A stretch of 63,591 bases of DNA, taken from the NCBI GenBank assembly GCA_030324005.1, contig JARDVH010000031.1, positions 37,461,072-37,524,662 on the forward strand, read 5' to 3'. The stretch comes from Negaprion brevirostris. Lineage: Eukaryota. Of the stretch, positions 1-12,825 are shown one piece after another (positions within the stretch are counted from its first letter, which is position 1; each line of letters starts with the position of its first letter). A program made the position numbers and the translations under genes. A model generated the notes under the pieces. It saw nothing but the letters and a program-made list of their open reading frames with translations, was not told the DNA's origin and searched no databases.

Positions 1-173
1 CATCTAACCAGCATGTTTTTTGGACTGTGGGAGGAAACTGGAGAACTTGGAGGGAACCCACACAGACGCAGGGAAAACATGTAGACTCTGCACAGTGACC
101 CAAGTCAGGAGTTGAATCCGGGTTCCTGGCTCTGTGAGGCAGTAGTGCTAGGCACTGTGCCACCTTGCTGCCC
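1..173 (-). mobile_element. HE1-like tRNA-derived SINE (5' part, cut by window edge)
   Basis: Reverse complement reads gggcagcaaggtggcacagtgcctagcactactgcctcacagagccaggaacccggattcaactcc (A/B-box tRNA head), followed by the gtgggttccctcc...tttcctcccacagtccaaa body recalled for elasmobranch HE1 SINEs. Confidence 0.8.
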
Positions 174-544
174 TAAAAAAGGAAATTGTACCGGCGTGTA
201 TTCAAGCAACTTCGTAGCTCTGTTGGGAAATTGAACCTCAGTGCCCTGCACAGAAGGCAGGGATACTAACCCCAATACTAATAAGGACTACACTAAGTTG
301 TCAAGAGGATGAGTTTTGTTGAGTGTTGATTATTTTCACTCTGGCTCTCCAATTCTCAGCAATGATTTGGCAGCTTTATCAAAGTGAAATTTGGCTTTCT
401 GTTTTTTGATTTTGTCATTCATGCCTGTTCCCACTTCCGTATGTTTCTGCTGGTGAAAGAGTTGCTTGGATGCAGCATGACATTAGTCACTTAACTGAAC
501 TATTTCCATACCCTCAGATGTGTTCATCCACTTTCGGATTGCCG

Positions 545-1660
545 TGTACACATCTGTGTTGGGTGCCTTTGGCAACTTGCCTCAGCCTTTTCCTTTGACT
601 GGGGATAGTGTGGAGATGAATTTCCCAAATCATTTACAAAGCACCTGACTTCTTCACTTGTAAACTAAGGGTCTTGCTGTTCCCCAATAACGATTGAAAT
701 GTGCTTTCAGGCATCGTACAATTTCACTGATGTTGATTGACGTCTGCTTGTCTAACTCCTGGTAGTTTGTATAGCAGTCAACAATGACACAGTCTTGAAT
801 TGCACAGAGAGTGAAGAGATCTACTCTTTCTGGAATGGCATGACTTTTGTTTGCTTAACTGAATATTAATTCCAAGCACTCGAATGGCTGATGTGGTCCT
901 TGATCTCATCACTCAATTTTAGCCAGTAGAGTACTTCTCTTGCCTTCTTCGGACTAGACTCCATTTTGATGGCTTGCATGGATCTGCTTCAGCATTTCTT
1001 TCTTTTGTACAAGATGCCATCTTGGGCAATCACTTCGTCCCTGTGTTCCCAATACTCTTTCAACTACACATGTGTCCTTGACCTGGCCATTCTTTCAACA
1101 TATTTCCTGCTGCACTTGCTGTAGCATCTCATTGTTCAGTTTGCTTGCCCTGAGCAAGGCACTGAGCTGTCAGATTCAATGTCTGCGAGATTGATGACTT
1201 CCAGAGCCTGGCATGCTGTTGCTACTCATTGAATTGGAATGATTTTACACTCTATGCTAGCATCAGCAACTTGCTTCAGAATGAGCGCAGCTCTTTACAG
1301 TATGTTGGCAATGTACATCCACTGTACTTTCAAATTGTATTTCTGAATTCTTGCCAGATGCTTTGGAGCAGATAGAAGTGGTTTGAAAAAGATGCTTTAA
1401 ATGGCTTGTGTGTGGTCTCTCCCAAGCAGGCATTAAGTAAAATACTCAAGTAAAGACAAGAGCCAGTCATACTCCGGGTTCAGCATGGTTCAGTTTCCGT
1501 TGCCCTCTGGCTGCAAAAGCAACTAATTGTCCTTGATGCATCAGTGTTGCTGCAAGTCCTGATTCACTGGCATTACACTGCAAGGTGACCTCATTGCTGA
1601 TGTAGCTACTACTTGTTTATTGTGACTGAAAGCTGCTACTTGTTCCGTGCCCCAAAAGCA
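545..1660 (-). mobile_element. Decayed Ty3/Gypsy pol fragment (RNase H followed by integrase)
   Basis: Minus-strand fragments translate to QCNASESGLAATLMHQGQLVAFAAR (RNase H), LKEYWEHRDEVIAQDGILYK, IHASHQ..KKAREVLYW (HHCC region) and SSPHYPQSKEKAE (integrase core). RH-then-INT order is Gypsy-like. Many frameshifts. Confidence 0.75.
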
Positions 1661-2169
1661 TTCATTGGCCATCCTTGCAGTCAGTTAAAAGTTCATACAA
1701 ATTACAATCATAGATATTGCCTTGGTTACTATTCAGAAAAAGCTTCTTGTTTCTTAAGGTGGAATTGCAAATGTGTTGGAATAATTAATCAGATTAATTT
1801 CTCATTAATGAGCAGTTTGCTTCACTGTGAAGTTTTCGTTGCGTACAAGCACTTGACTTTTTGCTGAGGTCAGATTTTAAAGAATGTTATCTTTATGTAC
1901 TGTGTGCAAAGTATAAAATTAATTCAAGAAAATTTGAAGGTTGGAATGACAATTGGAATTAAGTGCATTGTAGATTTAGTTCTAAGTTTACTCTGGAACA
2001 AAAAGGAGCAAGCGTGCATTCTTATTAAGTTCAAAATGTTCTTCCAGAAAGCCTAATCTTAAGGTTATTATTGGGATAATGTTCAATTATGTGGTTCCTT
2101 GAGAATCTCTTTTATGGTTTTTGTTATATTTCTCTTTTTATAATTTTAAAAATTCATGATTTAAAAGTG

Positions 2170-2510
2170 ATTTTGGGTGTCACTTATTGGGCCAACATTC
2201 AATGCCCATCTCTAACTGTCCTCCATCTCAGAGGGCATTCAAGAGCCAACCACAAAGCTGTGGATCTGAAGACAGAACAAGTAAGGATGATTTGATTTTC
2301 TTCCCTAAAGGGCATTAGGCGAACCAGATGGGTTTTTAAAATTGCTTGTGGTTTCATGATCATCAGTAGACTTTTTTTAAAATTCCAGATTTTTATTAAA
2401 TTCAAATTTCACCATCTAGCATGGTGGTATTTGAACCTGGGTCATCAGATCTTGCTCTGGATCACTTAATCACTAGTCCAATGACAATGTCACTACACCA
2501 CTGCCTCCCC
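2170..2510 (-). mobile_element. tRNA-head SINE sharing head and tail with the LINE at 60674-63067
   Basis: On the - strand: ggggaggcagtggtgtagtgac (A box-like), ggttcaaatacc (B box-like), a shared body, and tail gttagagatgggcattgaatgttggccc...gacaccc. Confidence 0.7.
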
Positions 2511-2899
2511 TAAATAACAATCAAAACCTAACACAATATATTTAATTTTTCTTTGAGGATGTGCAATAGTTTAACACGTCTATCTCTGGATTTTGACAGA
2601 ATGCTTGCCATTGCATTTTTGCGAATTATTTTGCAATGTTACCATAACCTGTTTTTCCTCTGAATCTGATTAATATATGTGATAAATGGTTCATACTGGA
2701 ATGTGTACAAATGCTTGGTTATATAGATTTATTCTTGGCAGTTTGAAATTAATCTTGATGCATACAGTAGAAACAGGATTGATGATACTTCATAAATTCC
2801 ATCAAAACTTAGTGAAGAAGAATAAAGATGGTGTTTTGGAATAGGTTTGTATGCAGGAACGGTTATTTTGACAAAAAGTTACTATATAACAAGCATATC

Positions 2900-3910
2900 C
2901 AGAAAGTGGAAACATATGGTATTAAAGTGATGGTGCTAACTTGGGTATTTAAGTAGCCAAGAGATAAGAAGCAGGGAGCTATGACGAATGGATGTTTTTC
3001 TGATGGGATGGGAGAGAAGTCTACGGTGGTGTTCCCTGGGGACATTATTTGTTGTTTTTAAAGGGAATGGCCTTGGGTATAGGGTGGACAATTTCAAAGT
3101 TTGCAGATGTTTAAAATTTTGGGAACATTGTAAATAAAGAACAAGCTAATAGCAGATTTTGGAGGATGTAAAATGGGCAGGCACAAGACAGATGCTGTTT
3201 AATGTAGGGGTGGGTGTGAAGAGATGCAGTTTGTACGGAAGAAAGTTGAGAACCTAAATGCTGCTCCTTTGAAGGTATTGCAAGAGCAGGGGAACAGGTG
3301 ACGGGTAGTGCAGATAGAATCACAAAACTTTGAAGCAAGCGTGGCATGGTGATGCAGTAGTTAAGAAAGCATGCAGGATGCATTGCTTTGTAAATAGGGC
3401 CACTGAATATGAAAATAAAGTAATCATGCCACAAATTACTAGTTTGGCCTCTACTAGAGTATTGTGTACCACTTATGGGAGTGGCATGGAGAACCTCCTT
3501 TACATGGATAGATTGGAATAAGTGTCTTTGTTTTTAAAGCAGAGATGGCTGACGAAGACCTAAATCAAGGTATTCAAAATTGAGGGCTTTTCATGGAGCA
3601 AGAAGGGGGAAAAAACTGCTTTTGGCAGGAGGATGGATAAATGATCATAAATTTAAGATAATTGGTAAAAGAACTAGGAAGAAAGTGTTTTCACACAGGT
3701 ATGATAAGATCTTTAACTCCTCACCTGAAAGAACGGGAGAATCAGATTCCATCAGAATTTCAAAAGACAATTGGACATGTTCTTGAAAGGACTAATTTCC
3801 AACATTGTGCAGAAAAGCCTTCAGTTTCGGTGCTAATTAGGGCGCTCCTTCAGAGAACTGGCACAGGCCCAATGGCCGCCTCCCTGTGCTGTAGGATTCT
3901 ATGTTTTGAA
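2900..3910 (+). mobile_element. Highly decayed CR1 LINE 3' portion
   Basis: Remnants of the RT region (gtggtgttccctgggga, aagtttgcagatg) and of the C-terminal region (tttgtaaatagggccactgaatatgaaaataaag), ending in a CR1-like tail (ggcccaatggccgcctccctgtgctgtaggattctatg). Confidence 0.55.
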
Positions 3911-6133
3911 TACATTAAATAACTACCTTTACTTATATGCACAAGCATTTATGCAAATTAAGGTTCATTATATGAGAATAAAATGTCAATGCCTATAGAT
4001 TACTATAACCAGCTGGGGAAATTATTTACTTTGTTTAAAAGTCAAACTGTATTGAGATTATTAACAAAAGATGACCTCCTTAGACTATTTAAAACTACAG
4101 GTTCTCAATGCTCACTGGTTAAAGTTAACTTGAGTTAAATTTTGAAACCCAATAAGTGCAAGACTGCTGCAGAGCACAGTCAAAATTTAGACATCTGCTA
4201 GTTAGGAGAGAAGTTGAGCATGGTCTTTTGCATTACTGAAGCAGGAATTACTGGAATAAATGTTCTGACTGGAGACAGAGAAGCAAAGAAAAAGCCTCCA
4301 ATTATTTAGTTAAGTTCACGATAAAGAACATGAATGAATGATTAATCTGAACAATAAGGTAATGTGGATGTAGAAAGTATTGTCATGTTTCAGGGAATTC
4401 TATGTTACTCAAGTCATAATTAACTCATGATTGGAACCACCTTGGAGAAACAAATCACTTTCTGCTCTTGCACTAAAGAGGAAACAAATTAAGTTGCTGT
4501 GAGGCATGCCAATAACAACTACTTTAGTTTGGCGAGCTGAATGAGCTTGAATTAAAGAATCTGAGTTGTTCAGATTTTTGAGCATTGATGCACAGATCTC
4601 CAAGATACCATTTTCTTTCACCTAAAGCAGTATATTTTAATTGCTTGCACTTGCCATTTGGATTTATGGGTTCCACAACTGCTTGTGGAACTGCTTGCAG
4701 TTTAACTTATTTCCACTTTGTCTTGAAATATAGCAAACCCGATAGAAAATGAAACACAGTCTCTAAGAATCAACTTGCTATCCGTATCTGGAATTTCTCA
4801 CTTAAATGCTAAAATCACAGGATGAAATTGTGAAGCTGTATTAATTGTGACATTCTATTCATCCTTCAGACAATTTCGGCCTGAACTGTGGCATTTACCA
4901 ATAATTAACTATGTTTTTCTTTGCTCTTTTGTTATCCATACAGTAAAGACTAAAGATATTTGGATGTTGACTGGTGTTGGCTAGTCGCTGGGTGTCTTTT
5001 TTGTGTTGGAGTGTCAAATTTATTACTCTTTTGAAATCAATTACGTGGGTACTATTGAAATGTTGACCTCACTATATATTGTTAAAAAAACTAAATGTAT
5101 TGTCAGATCATCCCATATGTACCATCACACTATTCCATTTGTTGTATAACCTGAAGTTACATGGCTTTGTTACTTTTTATATATTACTCCCATAGTTGTT
5201 GTATGAAGAACCTGGAGTATGGAAAGAGAATTGGCTCAACAAGCTTTGTCCTTTCACCAGTGACGCACAATTCACTCTGTGGCAGATTCAACCCAATCTA
5301 GTTTATCCTTTAAGAAAATGTTCTGAAAAGTTTGTTCAGCCAAATCTCAAACCACAAGCAAATTAAGCCCAACCCCATACCTATGCAAAGCTGTGTTTTT
5401 CTTTTATTGTCTGTTTAGTATCCTCCACAGCTAAGGAATATTGCCAAGCTGGATAGCTTTTTTTGAAATAGTGTGTGTTGTATATTCATTTGAAAATGTG
5501 CTTCAGGTTTTTAGTAGGGAAATGCTGGCAAAAGCCCAGGTTTTTACTTGTATGTACTATGAAGGTGGGCCTTCTCCTTGAATCTTGATAGCCCTTTAGT
5601 GATGGTATTACGAAAGCTGTGTTCGAGATTTACAGGATTCTAGCTCATGAATGATATGGGTTCAAGTGTGTGATTTGGTAGCTAAGTTTGGATGTGATGT
5701 TGCCATGCACTTGGTACTTTGGTGTGCCCTAATTGAGTGAGTATTGTCACTGCATGCAGTGTACAGCGCTGATATTACCTCTGTGTTGAATTCCTTCTTG
5801 CAGTGTATTTACACTTCTGCTTTCACCCTATTGCCATCATTTCTGATGTTTCACTCAGGATGACAGCAATTGTGTTACACAAGGTCTTCAGCCCAATGCG
5901 TGTCTGTAAATGCAAGGCTTTGAATGGAAGTTATTGATTCAGTTCAGTAGAGAAAAATATGAAGTAGCCCAATTTGGAAACAAAATTTGGAAAACATCTC
6001 AAAATGCTACAATTCTAATGGCGCATATCTGTTGAGAGATCTTGATCTTGATCTTGAGGAAAAGATGGTAGTGCAATAGGAAAGACCTAAGAGATAGTAG
6101 AATTCTCGATTTTTTCCATTTGAAGGCATTGAA

Positions 6134-8315
6134 CAGTGGTTCCCAAATTTTTTTCACTGGACCACACTTCTGGAATAAAAATTTGCTTGCGCCACACCAA
6201 ATTTTTTATTGACAAGAAATACATTCAGAAATAAAACAAACAACTACATAGAACACAACTACTTTATAATATGATCATGGGACATCCAGAAAGTATAAAA
6301 CAATGCAACTACATAAAACATGATTCATTCCCAAAATATACTTATAGATGAGCCTCTTACATATGTAACCTTAAGTACACAAACTCATTGAGCGGTGTGA
6401 GCTTGTTTTTGTCAGGTAATCTCATTTATATTAGGTCTAATATGAGACAAACAAACTCTCATCTCACCAATACAAAGAAACCTTTCTTTTTTGGTCTTTG
6501 ATATTTGTCAGAGCCGAAAATCCCTGTCCACAACAATGTTGTGGAGAACTGTAGAAGAATAGCTAATGCTCTTGAAGAGATGCGTGGCTACAGCTTCTGG
6601 TTGTGTATCCAAAAAGAGTCCAGTGACATAGTCCCATGTTTCGTTTTCAAGGTGCGATCACTCAATGCAGGCCATTTCCTCCTCCTCATCCAATGTCAGA
6701 CCTGAAGAGCTGGAATTTGCAAAGGGTTCTCTAACCCAGTCGAATTTTTCTGTAGACAACGATGGAAAGTAATGATCAATCTTTTCTACCAGTGTTGCAA
6801 GATGTTCCTGTGTAAGGCCGTACAATTCATTGCACGTTTTAAAACTTTTTACCAATGGGAACTTTGAGATTATGTTGCATCGCTCTTCCAAGCCAGAGCT
6901 GAAGCTTTTTTTGAATACAGTTAGTTTGTCTGTAGTTGTGAGGAAATTGTCATCGTGGCCTTGCATATTGGCATTGAGCACGTTCAACCGCAAGAAGATA
7001 TCAGCCAAATATGCTAGCTTTGCACACCAGTCATTGTCATCCAGTTGGTGGTACAATGGGTTCCCTTCTTGTTTCAAAAGTTCTCTTAATTAATTCTTCA
7101 GTTCCAATACCTGATTTAAAACTTTTGCGTGGGACATCTAGCGAACCTCCGAGTACAGAATTAGGCATCGATGTTTTGATTCCATGTCTTTGCAGAGTTG
7201 AGCAAATAACAGCATCTTTAGTGGTTTTGCTTTGATGAACTTCACAGTGCGCACAGTCTGATCTAGGACCAACTTCAAATCAGCTACAAGGGTCTTGGTG
7301 ATTAATGCCTCTCTGTAAAAGTCACTGAGTTGATATTACATCTGGATTTTTCCGTTTGAATGCTGCCAAGTCTCTCTCATTCCCTGTCATTCATGGCGTT
7401 TCATCCGTATGAATTCCAATACAAGAATCACATGAAATCTCAACTTTTTCCAAATACTCAGACAAGGTTTGGAAATTATCTCATCCTCTGGTATGTTTTT
7501 CAAGTTCCTTGCAAAATAGAAACTGTGTGATTATTTCGTCATTGTGAATGAATCTGATATAGGCAAGCAACTGCTTTTCCACTAATGTCGATTGATTCAT
7601 CAAATTTGGAATTCTTCATACTTTCGGAAATACGCTTCTCAATATTAGCTGACATATCAATTTTTCTTCTGCGAATAGTATTATCAGACAAAGGAATTTT
7701 CATAACTTCTCACTGAGCATCATCACCAAACAAAGTTTTCACAATCAAGCTGCAGGCAGGCTGAATCAATTTTTCAGCGATTGTATATGGTTTTGTCTGT
7801 TGAACAATCAATTCAGCCACTTGGTAAGATACAGTGTGCATCTTATCTGAGACTGTCATTCATTTTGAGAAATATGATCGTTGGCATTTCTGCTGTTCCA
7901 AAAGCCTTTCAAAATACTAAACATCCTTGTTTGCCAGATTTCCATGTTTTGACAACAGATGTCTTTTCATCTTGCTTTGGACCATATTGGAATTGGAAAG
8001 CATCTCCAGTCCATGTGAAACCAAAACTCAGATAGCTATCCATGTATTGTCGACAAACTTCCTTTTTTGGAGATTTGCTTGGGTGCAGAATTAAATGATT
8101 CCGCTATTGGTGTAGAGTTAAATGACTCTTCAGCACTCTGTTCAAAAGGTGATTCTGGATCACAACGTGGACTTGGATCGTCCTCAGCATCACTTGATGG
8201 TCTTGCTCTCACTTTGGAAAAAATATCTATCCATGTTTAAATGATTCTTTGATTGTCCTTGAATCTTCCCATCACAATTGCCATCATCTCTCGCCACACC
8301 CATTGGGAACCTCTG
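6134..8315 (-). mobile_element. hAT DNA transposon (Buster/Charlie, ZBED5/SCAND3-like transposase), inactive
   Basis: TIRs cagtggttcccaa (6134) and ttgggaacctctg (ends 8315) match 12/13. 8-bp TSD gcattgaa (6126-6133) / gcatagaa (8316-8323). Minus-strand fragments: CRQYMDSYLSFGFTWTGD and MKRHLLSKH (BED finger), WCAKLAYLADIFLRLNVLNANMQG and KFDWVREPF (ORF 6658-7077), plus a C-terminal LLQFSTT motif. Confidence 0.92.
6390..8234 (-). pseudogene. Frameshifted hAT transposase
   Basis: ATG at 8234 (MDRYF...), multiple frameshifts and stops, and an apparent deletion inside the BED finger. Longest intact piece is ORF 6658-7077. Confidence 0.8.
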
Positions 8316-10068
8316 GCATAGAACAAAAAAGGCAGCAATATACAATAATGTTGAACTTGTGTAAGACCAGAATTACCTGAAGTACTGCATATAGGAAGTA
8401 TTTCAGTGATGAAGAAGAATCACCAGGTTGTTGGCATTAATAATGGATTGTTGCTTGGTTGAAAAACTTAAAATATTAAGACTCTTTACTGGAGTTGGCA
8501 AAGTTAAATTGCAAGATGATTAGACTAGCTTCAAGATTATGACAAGTTATGATATGGTACTTAGTGGTTGTTTGCATTGTTCAGTGAAAAGGTGATGAGG
8601 AGGCTCAAATTTTCAATAATCACCATAATAGTGGGATGCTCACAATTTCTATTTTATATTTTTAGAACATGGAATGAGATCAGGGTTGTGGAAAGAAGCA
8701 CCAGTGCAAACTTAATTGGCTGAATGACTGGCTTGTTCCTCTGCTGTATGATTCCCCTGCAAATTTCATCTCTGATTCCACTCGTCAATCAAAACTAGCA
8801 CTCCTTTCTCAAACAAGTATTACAGCTAGTCCCTGTCCAAAAACAGGGCACTGATTCTTGGACAAGTTATCCTGATGCATATTGTCAATTCATCAATTTT
8901 ATCCCACCACAGGACTTTGGATTTTTTCATAATATCTCCCTCTTTTTACCAGGACTTCCTGCCTAATCATGAATGTAACTTTGATTTACTTTGGAGCCAT
9001 TTGTATGTACTTCTTGAGCCTATTCCTTCTTGTCAGCCTGGGATTCTTTGACTTGTGCTGAATTATAGTTCCATGGGAATTGGAAGACATATTACTTAGC
9101 AAATATTTATTCTGACGTCACATAATCTAATTTTATCATGGATAATATAACAATCTACTTTTAATATCTATGCATAAAACTTCACATAATCAAAAGTGAA
9201 AACCTGGCTTCCACTTGGAGCAGACAGCTTTCCACATGCCAATCTGCACACATGACCCAAAGCTGCAATAAAACACAAGCAGTTTAAGATTACCTATGAT
9301 TATATACCCATGCATACCTGGACATGTAAAATCTTACAGTAGAATGCTGAAAACCCATTGAATATGGTTGTCCACTACTGGATTAGCAATCAAGATTTTG
9401 GATTTAGATGTTGAGAGATTGTCTCTGACTCGCGAGTTGAGAAACAGGATTTCTATTGGCCATTCAGGGGATTGTGAGGCTTAGTCAGTGAGAATATTCG
9501 AGACGTTTGGATGCGAAAGCAATGTGGGGCAAGGCAAAGAAAGTGGAATTGAGTAGAGAAGTTTAGTCGCGATATTGATTAGAGCATTTATTTAAGATTA
9601 TGAAAGGGTTTGTTAGGGTAGAAGGATAGAAAATGTCTCCAATGGTGGGAGTCCAAAAACTGATGTTAATATGGAAAATGGTGACTGGTGAATCCAGTTG
9701 GGAATTTAGGAGAAACTTCTTTATTCAGTGTAATGCTTTACCAGAGAGATTCGTTGTGATAGCAAAGACGTAATAAGGGGAAGCAGGACAGGCAAATGAG
9801 GAATAAAGCATAGGATATATTGATGGTATGAGATGAAGGCGGCTAGTGAGGCATAAACACTGGCCTGTCTTTGTGAGTTAGACATATAATTATGTAACCC
9901 ATGTGACTCTAATCCCACCTTACATTAACTCTGAATACATTATAGCTAGGAGGGATGGAAAATAAATGTAGCCTTGCAAGCAGTTTGCTTACTCAGAATA
10001 TTTTTTAAATGAAAGGCTGCAGTGGGGAGAGCAGAATCTTTTGCATCATCACCAATGATATAGCTCTA

Positions 10069-10786
10069 TAGGCAGTCCTCAGATTTGCGACGTGATTAGT
10101 TCTTGGAAATAACTGTAAGTCATTGCATTGAAAACCGGAACCAATTACCCCGTGGGAGATTGGTTCCAACAATGGAGTAAGGCATAATTTTCACCAGCAA
10201 ATTGCAGTCTCATTTCCTCAAGTTTTAGACGTTCGTCTCGATGCATTCAAACCTCTGCCACAAACCTCCCCATAGTGCAAACAGGTTGGTTTTGGCTTAA
10301 GGCTGGCTACTGCCCCTGGGTGCAGGACACCAAAATTATTCATCACTCTCTGCTTTCTGCGCTATAGCTCGTCAAGGCAATGTGCTGGTGGATCACAGCG
10401 ACTGTTGTCCATAGATGGCTGAGCTCCATAACCAGCTGGTGGCCCATGTGTTGAAGTGGCTTTCTGACCTGGAGTTATGACCTGGTCAGAAGGATCACGG
10501 GGCCTGGTATTTCAACAGGAGGTTTCACCACTTTCTCGGCAGCGCAAGTGTTAGCGACCCAATATTATACAGTATATTACTGAATGCTGGATTATCTGGC
10601 TTTGTTTCAGTCAAGGCTGCATTTAAGAATATAAGCAGTAGTGTATATGTATAATAAAAATATTAAAGATGAGCTGGCTTGGAGTCAGTCAAAACTGACG
10701 TTACTAGTTTGCCAAAAGCTGTCAATTATAAGCAGTGTAAGTGCCATTTGTCATAACTTGAATGTTGTAAAGCCAAGCACTGCCTG
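10069..10786. mobile_element. Tigger/pogo-like non-autonomous DNA transposon
   Basis: TA|taggcagtcctcagatttgcgac at the left and gttgtaaagccaagcactgcctg|TA at the right form degenerate inverted termini of the CAGGCAGTCCTC...TACGAC type, flanked by TA (10067-68, 10787-88). Confidence 0.55.
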
Positions 10787-11790
10787 TACTGACAGGGTTA
10801 TGCTGTGCACACTGCTTCCAGAGCCTCCCAGTAATGACCTCCTACACTCCAGAATAATTTAGTTGGGGGAAAAAAACTGTTTTTGCATTGAACTGCGTAT
10901 AAATGAAAACCCTCAAAATCCTTCTCAAAAATTAGTATAAGTGAAGCATTTGGCTAACTGGGCCATGCTCAGATTTTCAGTTAATTTGCAGTCCATTGTT
11001 GCATTACATTAAAGTGGCAGCAGAATAATTTTTTGACCTGAGTTAAGAGATGTGAGTAGATTGAAGTAATTTGGGAAAGCTGCTCAACCTAACAAAATCA
11101 CAGAACTTGAGGTTGTACCTGTCTTTGAGCCAATGACAGTTCAGCTTGTTGATATTTTCCACATCTTGTACACTAAGGATGGAGAGCGTTGTTCGTTCAC
11201 CCAGAATGGGTAATTCTAACAGTTCAGGCAACACAGTGAAGATCCATAGATTTGCTCCTCAGAGTTTAGCATAGTGCAACAACTGCACTATATGCTGTTC
11301 ATGTAATACGTTAAATATGTACAAACAATTGCTTTGCATTTCTGCAGTTACACTAAGAAAACTGAATTGAATGGTAAAAGAAAAAATGGGTTGTTAACAG
11401 AAACTTTACTGAGCAAAGAGGGAGATGGGGCCTTAAATGCTGAGGAAGAAAAATTGTGCAACAAAAAATATAGTTATGGTTTCTTGATTTGAATTTAAAT
11501 GTTGCTGAAAATGTTACACAATTCAAGCATGTTGGTGACACTGAAAGCTTGCGAAATATTGAATAGAAACATGTCAGTAAATAAATTGTGATCATGATTG
11601 TGTCCAATTTATTTTTCCTTGATTCAAAATATTACTTAATTGTTAAATGCATTTTTTCTCATTTTGATTTGATTTCTTTACCTGATGCTTAATTTAGTTT
11701 TTGGTATGATTGCAATTTGGATGAATGGCGTATTCACACATTTTGGAGCTTTACTCAATGACACTTAAAGTACTACTTATATTTTTACAG

Positions 11791-11851
11791 TTTGGATTTT
11801 GAAGAATGTGCTCATAAATTATTGAAGATGGAATTTCCTGAAAGTCAAACT
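11791..11851 (+). CDS. CWC22: CWC22 coding exon (MA3 domain): (S)LDFEECAHKLLKMEFPESQT
   Basis: atttttacag acceptor and gtgagt donor. 61 bp, phase 2 in and phase 0 out. Peptide matches recalled vertebrate CWC22. Confidence 0.96.
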
Positions 11852-12204
11852 GTGAGTATTGATTTGCGTGTGCTCAGTTGTCAATAGAAGGTTGGTACAG
11901 TGGAAATTAAGATAGTTAAATGTTGCTGGCACCCATAAGGAACAAGACTGATCTAAACTTTGCTGCTACCAAATACTGTTTGAGTTCTGTAAGGCTACTA
12001 ACTATCGCAAATATCATGATAATGGCAAGATATATGTAGTCTAAAGGCAAGGAAACACATGAAGTTAAGATATTGCATCAGGTGTGTAATTTGAGGTAAA
12101 TTTTGAAAATTGACAAGAAGTTAAGTCAATACTTGTTTCATGTTGAGGCATGGTGAAGGTGTGAATCTTATGTCTCAAGGTTTGATTTTGAGACCCATAT
12201 TTGA

Positions 12205-12825
12205 GTCATAGAGGTATACAGCATAGAAAGGGGCACTTGCATCCATCATGTCTACTCGGGTCAAAGACAAACAACCTAACTATTCTAATCCCATTTTCTA
12301 GCACCTAGCCCATAGCCTTGTATGGCTTGGCATCACAAGTGCACAATTAAATACTACTTAAATGTTATGAGGGTCTCTGTCTTCACCATCCTTTCATGCA
12401 GTGAGTTCCAGACTCCCACCACCCTTTGGGTGAATAAGTTTTTCCTCTCATTCTCTCTAAACCTCCTGCCCCTTACTTTAAATCTATTGCCTCCTAGTCA
12501 TTGATCCTTCCACCAAAGGGAATAATTTTTTTCCTGTCCACTCTATCTATGTCCCCCATAATGTTATACACCTCAATCCTGACCCCCCTCAGTCTCCTCT
12601 GCACCAAGGAAAACAATCCCAATCTATCCAATCTGCCTTCATAATTAAAACTGTCCAGCCCAGACAACATCCTGGTAAATCTCAGCCCCCTTTGCAATAT
12701 CCCTTCTATAATGTGGATTCCAGAACTGCAAACAATATGCTAATTGTGGCCTAACCCAACATTTAACATTATTCCAGTATAACCTCCCTGCTATTAAGCT
12801 CAATGTCTCAACTAATAAAGACTAA
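12205..12825 (-). mobile_element. CR1 LINE 3' fragment
   Basis: ORF 12494-12697 (-) RFTRMLSGL..YEGRLDRLGLFSLVQRRLRG..IEVYNIM is the typical CR1 ORF2 C-terminus. Tail near 12205. Confidence 0.85.

Noticed and set aside
4409-4621. 70-aa minus-strand ORF in non-repeat-looking DNA
   Set aside because: No recognisable domain and no supporting exon chain; length expected by chance.
1-11790. Search for the preceding CWC22 exon (…RRTIYLAIQS)
   Set aside because: Not found by eye; presumably upstream of the window.
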